A program made the position numbers and the translations under genes. From Octopus bimaculoides (lineage: Eukaryota), in NCBI RefSeq assembly GCF_001194135.2, contig NC_068981.1, positions 98,436,074 to 98,499,929 of the forward strand: a DNA stretch of 63,856 nt, written 5' to 3'. The notes under the pieces are model-generated. The model searched no databases and was not told the origin of the DNA. It saw only the letters and a list, made by a program, of their open reading frames with translations. Below, in pieces: positions 63,646 through 63,856 of the stretch (position 1 is the stretch's first letter; each line of letters begins with the position of its first letter).

Positions 63646-63856
63646 ATATGTGTGTGTTACGGAGATGCACTTGCATAGCAAGCGACCTGATCTGAGATCG
63701 TGTGCTGGAACGAAAACAATTGCAGCGTGGAAGGTGTTTATAAGCCATTTGAGAAACACACAAAAACCATTAGATTCACTTCAACATTTAGATTTAATTT
63801 GCCAAACTATTTTCGTCACTTTGAGGTCTCAAAACGACAAAAATATTTCGGCAAAT

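Noticed and set aside
1-63856. CRISPR arrays, rRNA genes, prokaryotic operons
   Set aside because: No regularly spaced repeat-spacer structure or rRNA-like sequence was seen. The window is eukaryotic intron-rich DNA.

Overview
AT-rich, microsatellite-dense animal genomic DNA from a gapped assembly. N-runs lie at about 2106, 11185, 18243, 21327, 32611, 39634, 41200, 52158 and 54110, mostly flanked by (TA)n/(GAT)n/(GA)n. The repeat content (tRNA-derived SINEs, RTE LINE tails ending in (GAT)n, Penelope-like and mariner relics) looks like an octopus genome; this is recognition from memory, not a database result. The main feature is one long minus-strand gene, reconstructed by hand. It has 21 GT-AG exons from 58578 down to 3500 that splice in compatible phases into an uninterrupted frame of about 3361 nt (about 1120 aa); this count uses the shorter acceptor for exon 5. 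Both ends of the gene probably lie outside the window. The predicted product is an uncharacterised protein with an N-terminal region, a Rab-GAP/TBC-like domain whose catalytic Arg and Gln finger motifs are not recognisable, and then two complete and one partial C2-like beta-sandwich domains. Eight exons (2, 7, 11, 12, 15, 16, 20, 21) are absent from the supplied ORF track. The introns hold decayed and often nested mobile elements: several Penelope-like fragments, two RTE LINE copies with an internal PHD-type finger, a Gypsy LTR/PBS/gag/protease relic, mariner and maT copies, a large hAT-like transposon with long inverted arms, MITEs (one with a perfect 8-bp TSD), foldback elements and many SINEs. 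Nearly all long ORFs in the track are microsatellite or N-gap artefacts. No rRNA, bona fide tRNA gene or CRISPR array was seen.
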